A DNA stretch of 64,000 nt from Eledone cirrhosa (taxonomy: Eukaryota), in the NCBI GenBank assembly GCA_964016885.1, contig OZ024746.1, positions 3,286,001 to 3,350,000 of the forward strand. The letters run 5' to 3'. Under the pieces are notes generated by a model that worked only from the letters and a program-made list of their open reading frames with translations, was not told the origin of the DNA and made no database searches. The position numbers and the translations under genes were made by a program. Position 1 is the first letter of the stretch. Each line of letters opens with the position of its first letter. Positions 14,209 to 28,549 of the stretch are shown piece after piece.

Positions 14209-14470
14209 ACTTTAATCTGTTATTTTAATAAATATTTGCTCTACGGTTCTTATATATTTGATATATATTTATCCTTATCGATAAGGATAAATATATATCA
14301 AATATATAAGAACCGTAGAGCAAATATTTATTAAAATAACATATTAAAGTTTAAGCAAAGAATTGCTGCTTTCACCCTTAACGGGATCTTCTGAAAGTTT
14401 CAGAAGATCCCATTAAGAGTGAAAGCAGTGATTCTTTGCTTAAACTTTAATCTGTTATTTTAATAAATAT
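14209..14470. repeat. Double (zig-zag) palindrome; related sequence at 58846-58995
   Basis: Palindrome centred at 14279/80 (ATCGAT) overlaps a second palindrome centred at 14397 (CTGAAA-G-TTTCAG). Confidence 0.9.
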
Positions 14471-14871
14471 ATATATATATACACCACACACACATATATA
14501 TTTATAGGTGGTTATAATGGAATATTCCACTAATAATTTTGATATGGTGTGAAAAGCTCAATGCACATTTGACGTCTTCAATAAGTAGGGATTGAAAACA
14601 GTCAAAAGAGTCCTCCGAAAGTTAAAGTTCTTGTTGTCAAAGACAGTGAGGGAAGCAGAACATAAATATTTAAATTGAAGAAAACCAAACCTCTAAATAA
14701 TCCTGATGATATGCAGGTGTGTTGTATATAATGTGAATAATTGTTAATTAAGTATAACTGATTGATTCATTGTTTACATATATATATATATATACCAGCT
14801 TCTCACCTGTATAGAAACAATTGTTGATATTAAAAATGGATTTAATTTAAAAACCTTGGTTTTCTTCAATT

Positions 14872-14915
<44 letters not shown>

Positions 14916-15174
14916 ATGGACCCCCATCGATATCTGACGTATGAGTGTCCAACAAAAGGTAGATATGAGAAAGTGAACTGATGTTGAACTACCCACACAA
15001 AGTTTTATTTTAAGTGGTGAAGGCTTGTGTAGGACTGACGACACATCTTCGGTGCAAATGTTTGCCTTGAAAAATACGACAGCCCTCAGCTTTTTATGCC
15101 TCGGAGTTTAACCTCTCCATATAAAAAAAAAAAACTATTTGGCTGGCCGTTGACTCTGCTGAATTCCTCCGCCC

Positions 15175-15205
<31 letters not shown>

Positions 15206-15819
15206 TTATTTATATATAACCGTCTTCAGGGGGGGTTAACTCCGCTTCAATGCTAAGATAAAAATAAGCTAAAAGCTTATAGTATTTATGCTCATGAACA
15301 TCAACTGATGAAGCTCATTTGCATATAGAGCCAAAGCTGGTAATGATGTTTTGACATAGCATGATTGACTGGGGTTGTATGTTTTATGTTTAAAGAATAA
15401 ACACCGACTGGAAGGCGGCAATCTCTGATTCCTCTGAAGACCTTCTATGGTCCTCTTTCTTTAAAATTGGTTGAACCTAAAATATATAAATACTATGTAG
15501 AACATATCTTTCAGGATTTCTTTCATAATAAGGTTTAAACTGACATTTATTTATTTTTCTTTGTTTGTTTTTTTGTTGTTTTTTTTTCTTTTATTTTCCA
15601 ATCTGGTACATTTATATTAATTTATTTTTTTAAATTATTTTTTCTTTAATTTTTTTGTTTGACAATTTTTTAATTGCCTTTTGTTGTAATAATTCATCTG
15701 GAAAGGATAGAGCTGCATCACTAAGTCAGTAATCAGGACACACATATATGAGATGCCTTTACCGAGTAACAACAAATCTACTTCCTGTGGAATTTATTAA
15801 TTTTCTTTTCCTGAAACAG

Positions 15820-16014
15820 TAGGTGCCACTGACTCCGAAGAATCAGAATTCAGCTCTCTTGAAAGAGACTATAGTGCTGGTATTTACCATACTGTGAACC
15901 ATCGCCCCATCCCACATAGAAAGAAGCACAAACAAAGGTTTCAGGATACTTACATGACTTTGGAGCCAGATGAACGCTATCTGGCCTCCTTTGATGGCAT
16001 TTCGTTTGATCGAG
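15820..16014 (+). CDS. RhoGAPp190: p190-type RhoGAP coding exon (ATDSEESEFSSLERDY...GISFDR)
   Basis: Polypyrimidine tract, CAGTAG tandem acceptor (start 15820 or 15823), G|GTGAGT donor, phase 1-1, open frame. Confidence 0.8.
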
Positions 16015-17706
16015 GTGAGTGTATCGTATAGTGCTTGCAACATTCTGCCTATAACTCAGTGCATGTCTCCATAATCATTGAAACATATGCAAAACACCTC
16101 TGACAGACTGCTACAATACAAGACATCACAAGAGAGTTCAACGAGGACCTTGTACGTTGATTGTCTTTACAAAGTAAGAAGTTTGTGCATCTACCATATA
16201 TTATTCTATAGTAACTGTTTGATTCTCTTGGTGAGATAAACGATAGTCAATATAACATAGACAATTTGAAGGGTTCAGTTGTCACAATTGTTTTCTGGTT
16301 ATAAGTTGAAGCCCTACCATACAGTAAGTGTTGTGTATTTTATTGTTATTATTATTCTGCTTCTCTCAGCCTATCTTGCTTGAGGAATAACAGATATAAT
16401 GGTGGTGGTTGGTGTTAAAACAACTATTGCAAATATCTACATTTACAGACCTGATCTACCAACCAATGCCAGATGTTGCACATGAAACTGTAATGTCAGT
16501 GTGTTTATATTATATATATATATATATATATATTAACAAACACACACTTACTTTCCTACCCACCTAGTAGCATCTATTCTTGTCATATTTTGCTAGGCAT
16601 TAGAAACTAACAAGCAAAATCAACATATTTGAAGAAGTTTCCCATATTGAACAATGGCAGTGCCCTAGCATGGACTCAGCTTGTCGGTTGGGACATGTAA
16701 TAGAATAATAGAAGTTACCCCCTGCAATTAGAGATTCCATGGAAATCCATTCCAATTTATTATTTTGTTTTTATCTTTTATCATTGTGTTTTTCTTTTTT
16801 AACCAAATTTTACTTGTTTTCAACAAGTTTTAAGTTACCTGTAAATTAGTAAATTTAATTAAATGACAACAAGTATTTTTCCCCTTTCTTTGGAAGCGTC
16901 TTTAAAAAAGCATTTCTACTTTATTAACTAGTAAAATGCTAAAATGATCTGACTCTCTTATGTTCCTGTTTAATGAAACTAATACAGAAAGACATGTATA
17001 TTAGGAGAAGCTATTCTCATAATATACACACTTCTGTACAGACACAATCTGGTCTATTCCACCTCTGAAATATCTTATTTAGATAAAGGATTCGGGTCAT
17101 TTTTTTCATATATAACACTAAACCAATGAGATGAGGTTAGAATTGGACTGAAAAATTAAGAAATACTTAAACCTCTCTGCAACAGGTTTTGTGAATTACA
17201 TTCACATTGTACTAGATTATTCCATTCTACACCCCTGTCTCTCTCTCTCTCTCTTTCCCTCTATCTCTCTGTCTCTCTATCTATCTATATCTGTCTCTCT
17301 AGTTACTGAACCTTACACTTTATTTTCTCATACTTCTTTCTCCTTTCTCAAGGCACATTATCATCTTCATCTTTTAAACAAGATCTTGATGTTATTGTAT
17401 TTCTTTTTTATCTGCTTATGGCTTCATTTGAACTGCTTAACCCTTACCTCTGGTTGCTGAGGTTACTAACAACTGCTCTGCCCTAAACAGGTCTTAATGA
17501 ACTTTTTCATCTAATCACCAATGTTTGTATGTCAGATAAGGCCAGCATGTTATTGCTGTTCTATCTATCTGGAAGCTATTTCCAGTTTGATGTTTTTCTT
17601 TTGTGTTTTAATCCTTCATTTCTCTGCTTATTTTCTTAAAGACATTTTTCTCTTATTATATCGATGTTTTTCTTGCTTTATGCTTCAGGCATATCAAATA
17701 TATATA

Positions 17707-17750
<44 letters not shown>

Positions 17751-18135
17751 GTAAAGCTATCTCCAATATTCTTTTGAGTTTTGACTGTCTAATCAGCCCA
17801 TGTTTTCCACATGTGTGGAGAAGGATACTCAAAATATGGAACAATACTCAATTATAATATATATATATATATATAATGTAATTTATGTTAGGCTGTTTAC
17901 CAATGGGTAGAACTGGTGGTTCAGGTTGGTAAACGGTGAGGCAACAAATGAATTAAAGCACTCAATATTATGTAAATCATCCAGCGTAGATGTGGTATCC
18001 AGGGGTTGGTGCAGGAATGGAGCAAAGTATTCATTAAACAACAAGTGTGTGTGTATGTATATATGTTTTAAGTGTTTCTGTAGAAAAGCTAAAGGAAAGA
18101 AGAGAGCTATTTAATTATGTAATAATAATAAAGAT

Positions 18136-18208
18136 ATTTCATCTGATGAACGAAATCAGACATTTCTGTTAGAATCGACTAACTTCCCGAAACCTTGAGT
18201 AATGGAAT
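18136..18208 (+). ncRNA. Type I hammerhead ribozyme motif, helix II degenerate
   Basis: Helix I ATTTCAT/ATGGAAT, CTGATGA, GAAAC-cttga-GTA. Helix II poorly paired. Confidence 0.55.
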
Positions 18209-20391
18209 AATTATTACATAATTAAATAAATATTTATTTATTTATTACCTAGTTTACCTGCATTTAAAAAAAAACTTTCTTAAAAGAACTATATTCCTTG
18301 CTAGCAAGAAATATAGTGTAAGATAATGTCAGCTGCCATACTTAACTCAATATTTCAGCTACAATATGACTGCTTCTGAAGAAGAAGCAGTTAATCCATT
18401 GATAGTGTTTCAGTTCCAGGGTGGGGAAGGGGTCAATTCTTTTTATCTATGTTTCAAGTGATTTTGGAAAGGGCATGAAAGATACATTCCATTTTTAAGT
18501 TTTGTGTGATGTTGAAGGATTGGTTTTAAATTGATTTTTTTTTCATAGAATTTATTCCAAAGAAAGTTGTCTGTGTTGCATGTTGGATTTGGGGGTGGCA
18601 TCTTTTGAGAAAAACACAAGTTACAGAAACACAACTGACCAACATACCCTATTCATAAATTCATTTTTTCAAGGTCATAAATGTAGAAATTCTTGTTTCA
18701 TTTTACATTGCCACTCTAACCATTTCAAAATTAATATCGCTCAGTTAAATAGAATGTTGTTATCTTTGAGAAATTAATTACATTAATCTGCATAGAGCTT
18801 ATTTTAGGTTTTTTATAAACTTAAACAGTCGATAAAATTTGCTGGTTCATGTTAAGAAGCTATAAATATAACTACATATCCTCCAGATCAAAGAAATTCA
18901 AGTTCACTTTCATTCTCCTCCTTTTCCTCTCATTTATGGCCCTTTTCAATGCTGCTTTCTTTTGTATATATTTTATATAATTAATGACCACTATAAATGG
19001 TAAAAAATTGTTCGAATATTGTCTTTGAGAAGTAACAAATATGATTGTCTCAAGAAAACTGTTGTTGTTGTCATATGTCTGTTTTCCCTGTAATTTAGTG
19101 AGAAGAATATATAATTGACAATTTTTGATAGGAAAAAATACATCGTCTCCCAATTAGTTTCATTGGCTTAAATTCTGAACTGCAAACTAATGAAGCATTT
19201 AGTTAATACCTCTGCTGCATAAAATAGTAAGATCTCTTTTACACCTCAATGATTTGGGTCAACTGTTATATATTGTTCTTCCTGCTATCTCTGTTGCTAT
19301 TATCTCAGCTGATCATGTTGAACTTTTTTAGTTTAGCCAGGGAGGAGGAGGCTATGTGCAAACTGAAGACCTTGATCAAATGCTTGAAGAGAGGTCTTCA
19401 CAGACCAAGTCAGTACTCAACCAGAGCTATTGCCCTTTCAGATGGGCTGGGGCTTGCCTCCCACTTATATACTTTCCTGCACTCTTCTAAGTGCATTTTA
19501 CTGTGATACCAGCTCTAGGAAGGTTGTAGATGTCTTTGACACAGATGATTCCTTCTGAGCCATGTAGTGGTTGGTGTTAAACCAGCTGAAAAATTTAAGT
19601 TTGCCATTTAAGTAGGCTACAGTGCAATTTGAACTCAGAATGCAAAAAGCTAGAACAACATCTGGTCTGACTTTCTTACAATTCTACCAATCTACCACCC
19701 TAGACTGACTTTCTTACAATTCTACCAACCTACCACCCTAGACTAGAACTTTATTTTATTGACTCTGAAAGAGTGAAAGCAAAGTTGAACTCAGAGTACA
19801 AAACCCTCAGAGAAATACAGCAAAATATTTTGTCCTATGCTCTAATGGCTCTGCCAGTTCATCCTTAGTTGCAGGTTATGCTATAATTGTAGGTCAATCT
19901 GAATGGTTTGCTGAAATTTATTGGAAAAATATATATACTTTTGGTGGTTTATGGTTGATTGTTCTCGGAGAAATTAGGTTTTGAGACAGTTTTGTAAAAT
20001 GTTTTTTTATTAGTGTTAAGATCTAATCATTTGTTTTACTACCTTGTTGACCAGCATTTTACTGATTGGTACTGCTTGTTGGGTAAGTTGCTTTATTTCT
20101 CCATGGCCACTGTTCCCATCATAAAACTACATTTCTATTTTTTTTACTAGTATTATCGGTATCATTTCTAATAATTACTAAAAAATAATATTTCTTGTTG
20201 AAAATTATTAATGAAACTTATTTTAACCATAGCTGATTGCTCATTTCAAATTTCTTAATATGCATATAATATATATTATGACTGTGAAGGTATACTAGTG
20301 ACAAAAGGCCTACAGTTCCATGTTTAATGCACTTATACAAATTAGTATTCAAACCTACACACATACATACATACATACATACATACATACA

Positions 20392-20847
20392 CTGGGATAT
20401 GTTAGTAACTGCCTCAATACAAATCTTGAGAAGCTAGGCTTCACAGGAACAGAAAGAACACAACTAGTTAGGAAATTACAAGTACAATCCATTAATGGAA
20501 CAGTAAAAATATGTAAAACATTCCAAAGATTTTGCATAACTGCATATACACATGTACAGATACAAAGCATATACACATGCACACATACAACTCAAAACAT
20601 ACACATCCACACATACAATAACATCCATATCTACACATGCATGCATGCATGCAGACATACATACATATCTACCTAGTTGATGTTGTGTAAATTCCAATGA
20701 GAGAGTCTTGTGTCTATGTTAGAAACCGACTCTCTCTCTATTGGTAAAACTTTGTGAAATTATAAAACCAGAAGAACATACATATTATTTATTTATGTTC
20801 ATACATGGAACAAGACCTAATAATGACCATATCTCCAGATTGTGGGA
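20392..20847 (+). mobile_element. 3' end of RLE-type (R4/Dong-like) LINE, same type as 497-1060
   Basis: LGYVSNCLNTNLEKLGF...KLQVQSINGTVKICKTF followed by a putative 3' UTR. Starts directly after (TACA)n. Confidence 0.7.
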
Positions 20848-21047
20848 NNNNNNNNNNNNNNNNNNNNNNNNNNNNNNNNNNNNNNNNNNNNNNNNNNNNN
20901 NNNNNNNNNNNNNNNNNNNNNNNNNNNNNNNNNNNNNNNNNNNNNNNNNNNNNNNNNNNNNNNNNNNNNNNNNNNNNNNNNNNNNNNNNNNNNNNNNNNN
21001 NNNNNNNNNNNNNNNNNNNNNNNNNNNNNNNNNNNNNNNNNNNNNNN
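20848..21047. other. Assembly gap (200 N)
   Basis: Run of N. Confidence 1.
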
Positions 21048-21601
21048 TCATATTGTAAAAGGCAGTCTTTCTACTGGACTTGGAATAAACAATTTATGGG
21101 GGGGTTTTGGGGGTTTTTTACTCCGAAAATTTTGTGGAATTTTATTTAACTTGTAATGTCTCATGTTGTTGTTATATTGCTATAGTATTGATCATATGTA
21201 CTGATGTACTTTTATGTAGTCTTCTTCCTCATACAATAAAGATACACGCAATCAACTTCATCTGCTTCAAATGTGATATTTTCTTTAGAGGTTCTCTTAC
21301 ATGCAATGAATTCCAACAATGTAATGAACTCCAACAATAGCTCAGACATAGGGTTTTTATTATTAGAGCTTTTTGTGATGCTGAAACATCTTTCATGCTG
21401 TGACTATTGTTCTATATACTGCATAATAATAATATATACTATATAGCTGTTCTATGTTTTATATTCATAGACACATTGATTTTTGTAACTATTTCTGATA
21501 TATCGTTCTGTTTGTAACCTTTTAATCTCATGGTTAGTGTAATTGTCTTGTTTAAATACTGTTAGTTACATACTTTTAGGAAATTAAACCATATATATAT
21601 A

Positions 21602-21680
21602 CAGGGTGTCCCCCAAAAATGTATACACACTTCAACACCATTCTAATCAAAGTGTGTATACATTTTTTGGTGACACCCTG
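21602..21680. mobile_element. 79-bp Tc1/mariner-type MITE
   Basis: ~31-bp TIRs CAGGGTGTC..AAATGTATACACACTT / AAGTGTGTATACATTT..GACACCCTG with TA on both sides. Confidence 0.85.
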
Positions 21681-21754
21681 TATACATATGTGTGTGTACA
21701 CATGTAGATATAAAGGTGTTTCCAATTCATTGCACTTTGGGCACTGTGTGTACA

Positions 21755-21965
21755 TACATGTATATGTAGTAGTATACGGCTACATGTGTATATGTAGTAG
21801 TATACAGCCATATATGTATATGTAGTAGTATACAGCCACATATGTATATGTAGTAGTATACAGCCACATGTGTACATGTATATGTAGTAGTATACAGCCA
21901 CATTTGTACATGTAGGAGAATACAGTCACATGTATACATGTAGTAGTATACAGTCACATGTATAT
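21755..21965. repeat. ~28-bp minisatellite
   Basis: Unit ~CATGTGTATATGTAGTAGTATACAGCCA, about 7 copies. Confidence 0.85.
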
Positions 21966-22096
21966 ACCTACAGTACTGTCGATTAGACATACATCAATTA
22001 AACATAATTTTCCCCAAAAGTTACATATCTTAAAAATTATATATGTAAATTTTAATTGTCTTTTGATGTATGTATATATATATATATATGTATATG

Positions 22097-22128
<32 letters not shown>

Positions 22129-22410
22129 CAGTTCAAGAGTAACCAATCTTAAAGAGAGAGATGGAGATATGAGAGGAGAGATTGGTGAGTTAGTTAGAAG
22201 CCAAAGCGTAAAGGCATGTGCTCAATGTGCAATATGCAGTAGAAAGCAGCTAAGTGGCTGGAAAGCAGCTACGTACTTCTCCTGTAGTTGTCGTATAATG
22301 AAAAGAGCGTCTGTGGTACTTTATATATATATGTATATATATATATATCATCATCATCATCACCGTTTTACGTCCGTTTTTCCACGCTAGCATGGGTTAT
22401 ATATATATAT

Positions 22411-22821
22411 GGTAATAGAGAAGACCTGCCTTACCTAAGTACAAAGTGGAACCTACTACAGTCAGTAGACACCTCTAACAAAATACACCCCCGTCCCACT
22501 ACCCCCACCCCATCCACACCACCCCTTTCAATGTAATGTTATGTTGGTACCACAACACCCAGCCCGAAACAAATGAGGTCGTGTAGGTGTCATGGCAAAA
22601 AAACACACAGTCCACGCTGTAATGTGGCCGTGTAGGTAACACGGTAAAAACCTCCCAGTCCACACTGTAAACGTGGTTGGTGTTAGGAAGGGCATCCAGC
22701 CGTAGAAAACCCGCCAGACAGTCCTATGCGAGCAAGACAACCACTCTTGCCTCAAGTGGGAAAACTCCCATCCAAACCCATGCAAGCGTGGAAGGAAGAT
22801 GGACGTTAAACGATGATGATG

Positions 22822-22823
<2 letters not shown>
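22411..22823 (+). mobile_element. RTE family B 3' fragment
   Basis: Aligns with 31682-32093; (GAT)n tail into (TA)n. Confidence 0.9.
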
Positions 22824-22857
<34 letters not shown>

Positions 22858-22943
22858 ATATATATGTATATGTATATATATATGTATATGTATATATATA
22901 TGTATGGTCATGAAAGTATATGTATATGTATATATATATGTAT

Positions 22944-24665
22944 GGTCATGAAAGTAACAGAAAGAGTTATAGCACAGCTGATTAGGGACCGGGTGAATAT
23001 AGACGAGATGCAATTTGGGTTTGTTCCAGGGAAAGGCACCACTGATGCGCTCTTCCTTGTGAGGCAATTACAGGAAAAGTACCTAGCTAAAAGTAAGCCA
23101 CTCTACTTGGCATTTGTCGACCTTGAGAAAGCCTTTGACAGAGTTCCACGTGCAGTAATCTGGTGGGCTCTTAGAAAACTAGGAGTAGATGAATGGCTTG
23201 TGAAAGCGGTACAAGCCATGTATAGGGGAGCAGTCAGCAAAGTTAGGATTGGCAATGAGTATAGCGAGGAATTTAGCGTACAGGTTGGGGTCCACCAGGG
23301 CTCTGTTCTTAGCCCTCTCCTGTTCATCATAGTCCTGCAGGCAATAACGGAGGAGTTTAAGACCGGATGCCCATGGGAACTCCTGTATGCTGATGACCTC
23401 GCACTCATAGCTGAATCTATGGTAGAACTAGAGAATAAATTCCAAACCTGGAAGCAGGGACTAGAGAGAAAGGGCCTCAAAGTCAACATGACAAAGACTA
23501 AGGTCCTTATAAGTAGACGAGAAAACAGAACCCAGATCCCCTCAGGGAAATGGCCTTGCTCAGTATGTAGGAAAGGTGTAGGTAGGAACTCCATTCTTTG
23601 CCCCAAATGCAAACAATGGGTACACAAGAGATGTAGCGGGATCTCAGGAAGCTTAATTAAGAATGTAGGATTCACATGCAGCAGCTGTGCTGAAACAGCA
23701 AGCAAACAGCCACAGGAAACAAGTACCACCAATCTCTGGGAGGGCCCTGTAGAAACAGTAGACAGCTTCTGCTACCTAGGTGACCGAATTAGCAACGGAG
23801 GTGGGTGCTCAGAAAGTACAATAACTAGGGTAAGAACGGGATGGAAGAAGTTTAGGGAACTACTACCACTGCTAGCTGCAAAAGGCTTCTCCCTCAGAAT
23901 GAAAGGCAGACTGTATGATGCGTGTATCCGAACAGCGATGTTGCATGGTAGTGAGACCTGGGCGCTGAAGGTGGAAGACTTACGTAGATTAGAGAGAAAC
24001 GAAGCCTGCACGCTCCGATGGATGTGTAACAGTAATATACGTGAACGACAAAGCATAAATGAATTGAGAGAGAGACTGAGCATAAGAGGAATCAAATGCT
24101 GCGTGCAGGAGAGGCGGTTACGCTGGTATGGACATGTGATGCGCATGAAGGATGACAGCTGCATAAAAAGGTGCAGAGCACTAGAAGTTGATGGAAACCG
24201 CGGAGTGGGGAGACCCAAGATGACTTGGGATGAGGTGATAAAAGCCGACCTTACCCAACTACACCTCTCAAAGTCAATGACACACGACCGTGACTTCTGG
24301 CGTCACGCAGTAATACAGGGTACCCGACCTCCAATGGGTACATGCTGAAGCATATAAACAATATGCCCCCCCCCCCCCCCCCCCCACCGCAAGGTGGTCG
24401 TGGAGGTGCCACGGCAAAAAAGCACCCAGCCCACACTGTAAAGTGGACGTGTAGGCGCCACGAAAAAGCACCCAGCACTCACTGTAAATGAGGTTGGTGT
24501 TAGGAAGGGCATCCAGCTGTAGAAATCAAGCCAGATCAGTTCCTGTATGAGCAAGGCATGGTCAGCCAACCAGACACTGCCCACAACAGGACAACCCGTC
24601 TAACCCATGCTAGCGTGGAAGAACGGACGTAAAACGGTGATGATGATGATGATGATGATGATGAT
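22944..24665 (+). mobile_element. RTE-clade LINE family A, 5'-truncated, uninterrupted RT ORF to 24348
   Basis: QFGFVPGKGTTDA, FVDLEKAFD, GVHQGSVLSPLLF, YADD, FCYLG, RLRWYGHVMR motifs; 3' UTR; (GAT)n tail. Confidence 0.95.
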
Positions 24666-24776
24666 ATATATATGTATATATATATATATGTATATATATA
24701 TGTATATATATATGTATATGTATATGTATATATATATATATGTATATGTATATGTATATATATATGTATATGTATG

Positions 24777-24839
<63 letters not shown>

Positions 24840-25048
24840 GTGTATATATATATATGTGTATATATATATATGTGTATATATATATATGTGTATATATATA
24901 TATGTGTATATATATATGTGTGTATATATATATGTGTGTATATATATATGTGTATATATATATATGTGTATATATATATGTGTATATATATATATGTGTA
25001 TATATATATATGTGTATATGTATATATGTATATGTATATATATATGTG

Positions 25049-25079
<31 letters not shown>

Positions 25080-25081
25080 GT

Positions 25082-25147
<66 letters not shown>

Positions 25148-25149
25148 GT

Positions 25150-25183
<34 letters not shown>

Positions 25184-25209
25184 ATAGGTATATGGATATA
25201 TGTATGTAT
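24666..25209. repeat. (TA)/(TATG) low-complexity array
   Basis: Direct inspection. Confidence 0.95.
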
Positions 25210-25608
25210 ACTACACCTCTCAAAGACAATGACACACGACCGTGACTTCTGGCGTCACGCAGTAATACAGGGTACCCGACCTCCCATGGGTACATGCTGA
25301 AGCATATAAACAATATGCCCCCACTCCCCCCACCACAAGGTGGTCGTGGAGGTGCCACGGCAAAAAAGCACCCAGCCCACACTGTAAAGTGGACGTGTAG
25401 GCGCCACGAAAAAGCACCCAGCACTCACTGTAAATGAGGTTGGTGTTAGGAAGGGCATCCAGCTGTAGAAATCAAGCCAGATCAGTTCCTGTATGAGCAA
25501 GGCATGGTCAGCCGACCAGACACTGCCCACAACAGGACAACCCGTCTAACCCATGCTAGCGTGGAAGAACGGACGTAAAACGGTGATGATGATGATGATG
25601 ATGATGAT
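25210..25608 (+). mobile_element. RTE family A 3' fragment
   Basis: Nearly identical to 24259-24665. Confidence 0.95.
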
Positions 25609-27489
<1,881 letters not shown>

Positions 27490-27490
<1 letters not shown>

Positions 27491-28035
27491 TTACTTTTAC
27501 ATCCAATTGCATTGGTTGGAAGTGGTCCTTTTCAGCACAGCATCTGTCCATTCATCATGTTCCTTCATCTTCTCCTCTGTGAGTCTCAGCAGTTTGAGGT
27601 CAGCTCCCACCACCTCTGTCCACGTTTTTCTCCTTCATCTACTTCTACTCTGGCTTCTATCCATTGGGATTTCCTGGCACTTCTTCCCCCAGCGATCATC
27701 ATCCATGTACATGACATATCTGTACAGCTGCATACTATTTCACATTCCTATTAAACCCAGTTTCACCCTCAGTTCATCCAGCTCTTCCTTTCTCTCATAT
27801 TTACATTGTATAGCCAATGAAGCATGCTTATTTCATTCCACTCCAGCCTTCACATGTCCTCAGCAGTGACTCCCATCTTTCACTACCAGCATCACACTTT
27901 GCACACAAATGTCAAACAGTCGTCCTTTTGTACCAAGGAAGAAACCTTTAGTTGTCAACAGTGGGAGTAGCTCTCTCAACTTATTTCATCTTATCCTTCT
28001 TCTAGCTATTATGTCCCCTCCTCTGCTGTTAATCT
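27490..28035 (-). mobile_element. Decayed RTE 3' fragment
   Basis: Minus strand shows remnants of KxRELLPLLxxKGF and NxKCQEIP matching family C. Confidence 0.7.
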
Positions 28036-28080
28036 ATCTATATATCTATATATGTACGTGTGTGTGTGTGCGCGTGTGTG

Positions 28081-28298
28081 TCAGGACAAAACGTGCCCAG
28101 CCCACACTGTAAAGTGGTCGTGAAGCTGACAAGACAAAAAGCACCCAGTACATACTGTAAATATGGTTGATGTCAGGAAGGGCATCCAGCCATAGAAACC
28201 AAGACAAAGTCAGTTGTTTGAGCAAGATATGGTCATCTGACCTGGCTTGTCTAATCCATACTAGCGTGGAACATTGGACATTAAACAGTGATGATGAT
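28081..28298 (+). mobile_element. RTE/SINE-type 3' UTR + tail fragment
   Basis: Repeat units, AGGAAGGGCATCCAG, (GAT)n. Confidence 0.8.
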
Positions 28299-28337
28299 AT
28301 ATATAATATATATATATATATTATATATATATATATG

Positions 28338-28386
<49 letters not shown>

Positions 28387-28418
28387 ATGTAATATATATA
28401 TATATATAAATAATATAT

Positions 28419-28464
<46 letters not shown>

Positions 28465-28549
28465 ATATATGTAATATATATATATATATAAATAATATAT
28501 ATATATATATATATATAAATAATATATATATATATATAGATATATATAG

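Noticed and set aside
14700-14740. CTGATGA followed by a small stem
   Set aside because: GAAA and helix III are absent.
20741-21156. ORFs spanning X runs
   Set aside because: Artefacts of the 200-N gap.
23103-24218. Minus-strand ORFs of 209 and 148 aa
   Set aside because: Antisense shadows of the RTE ORF.
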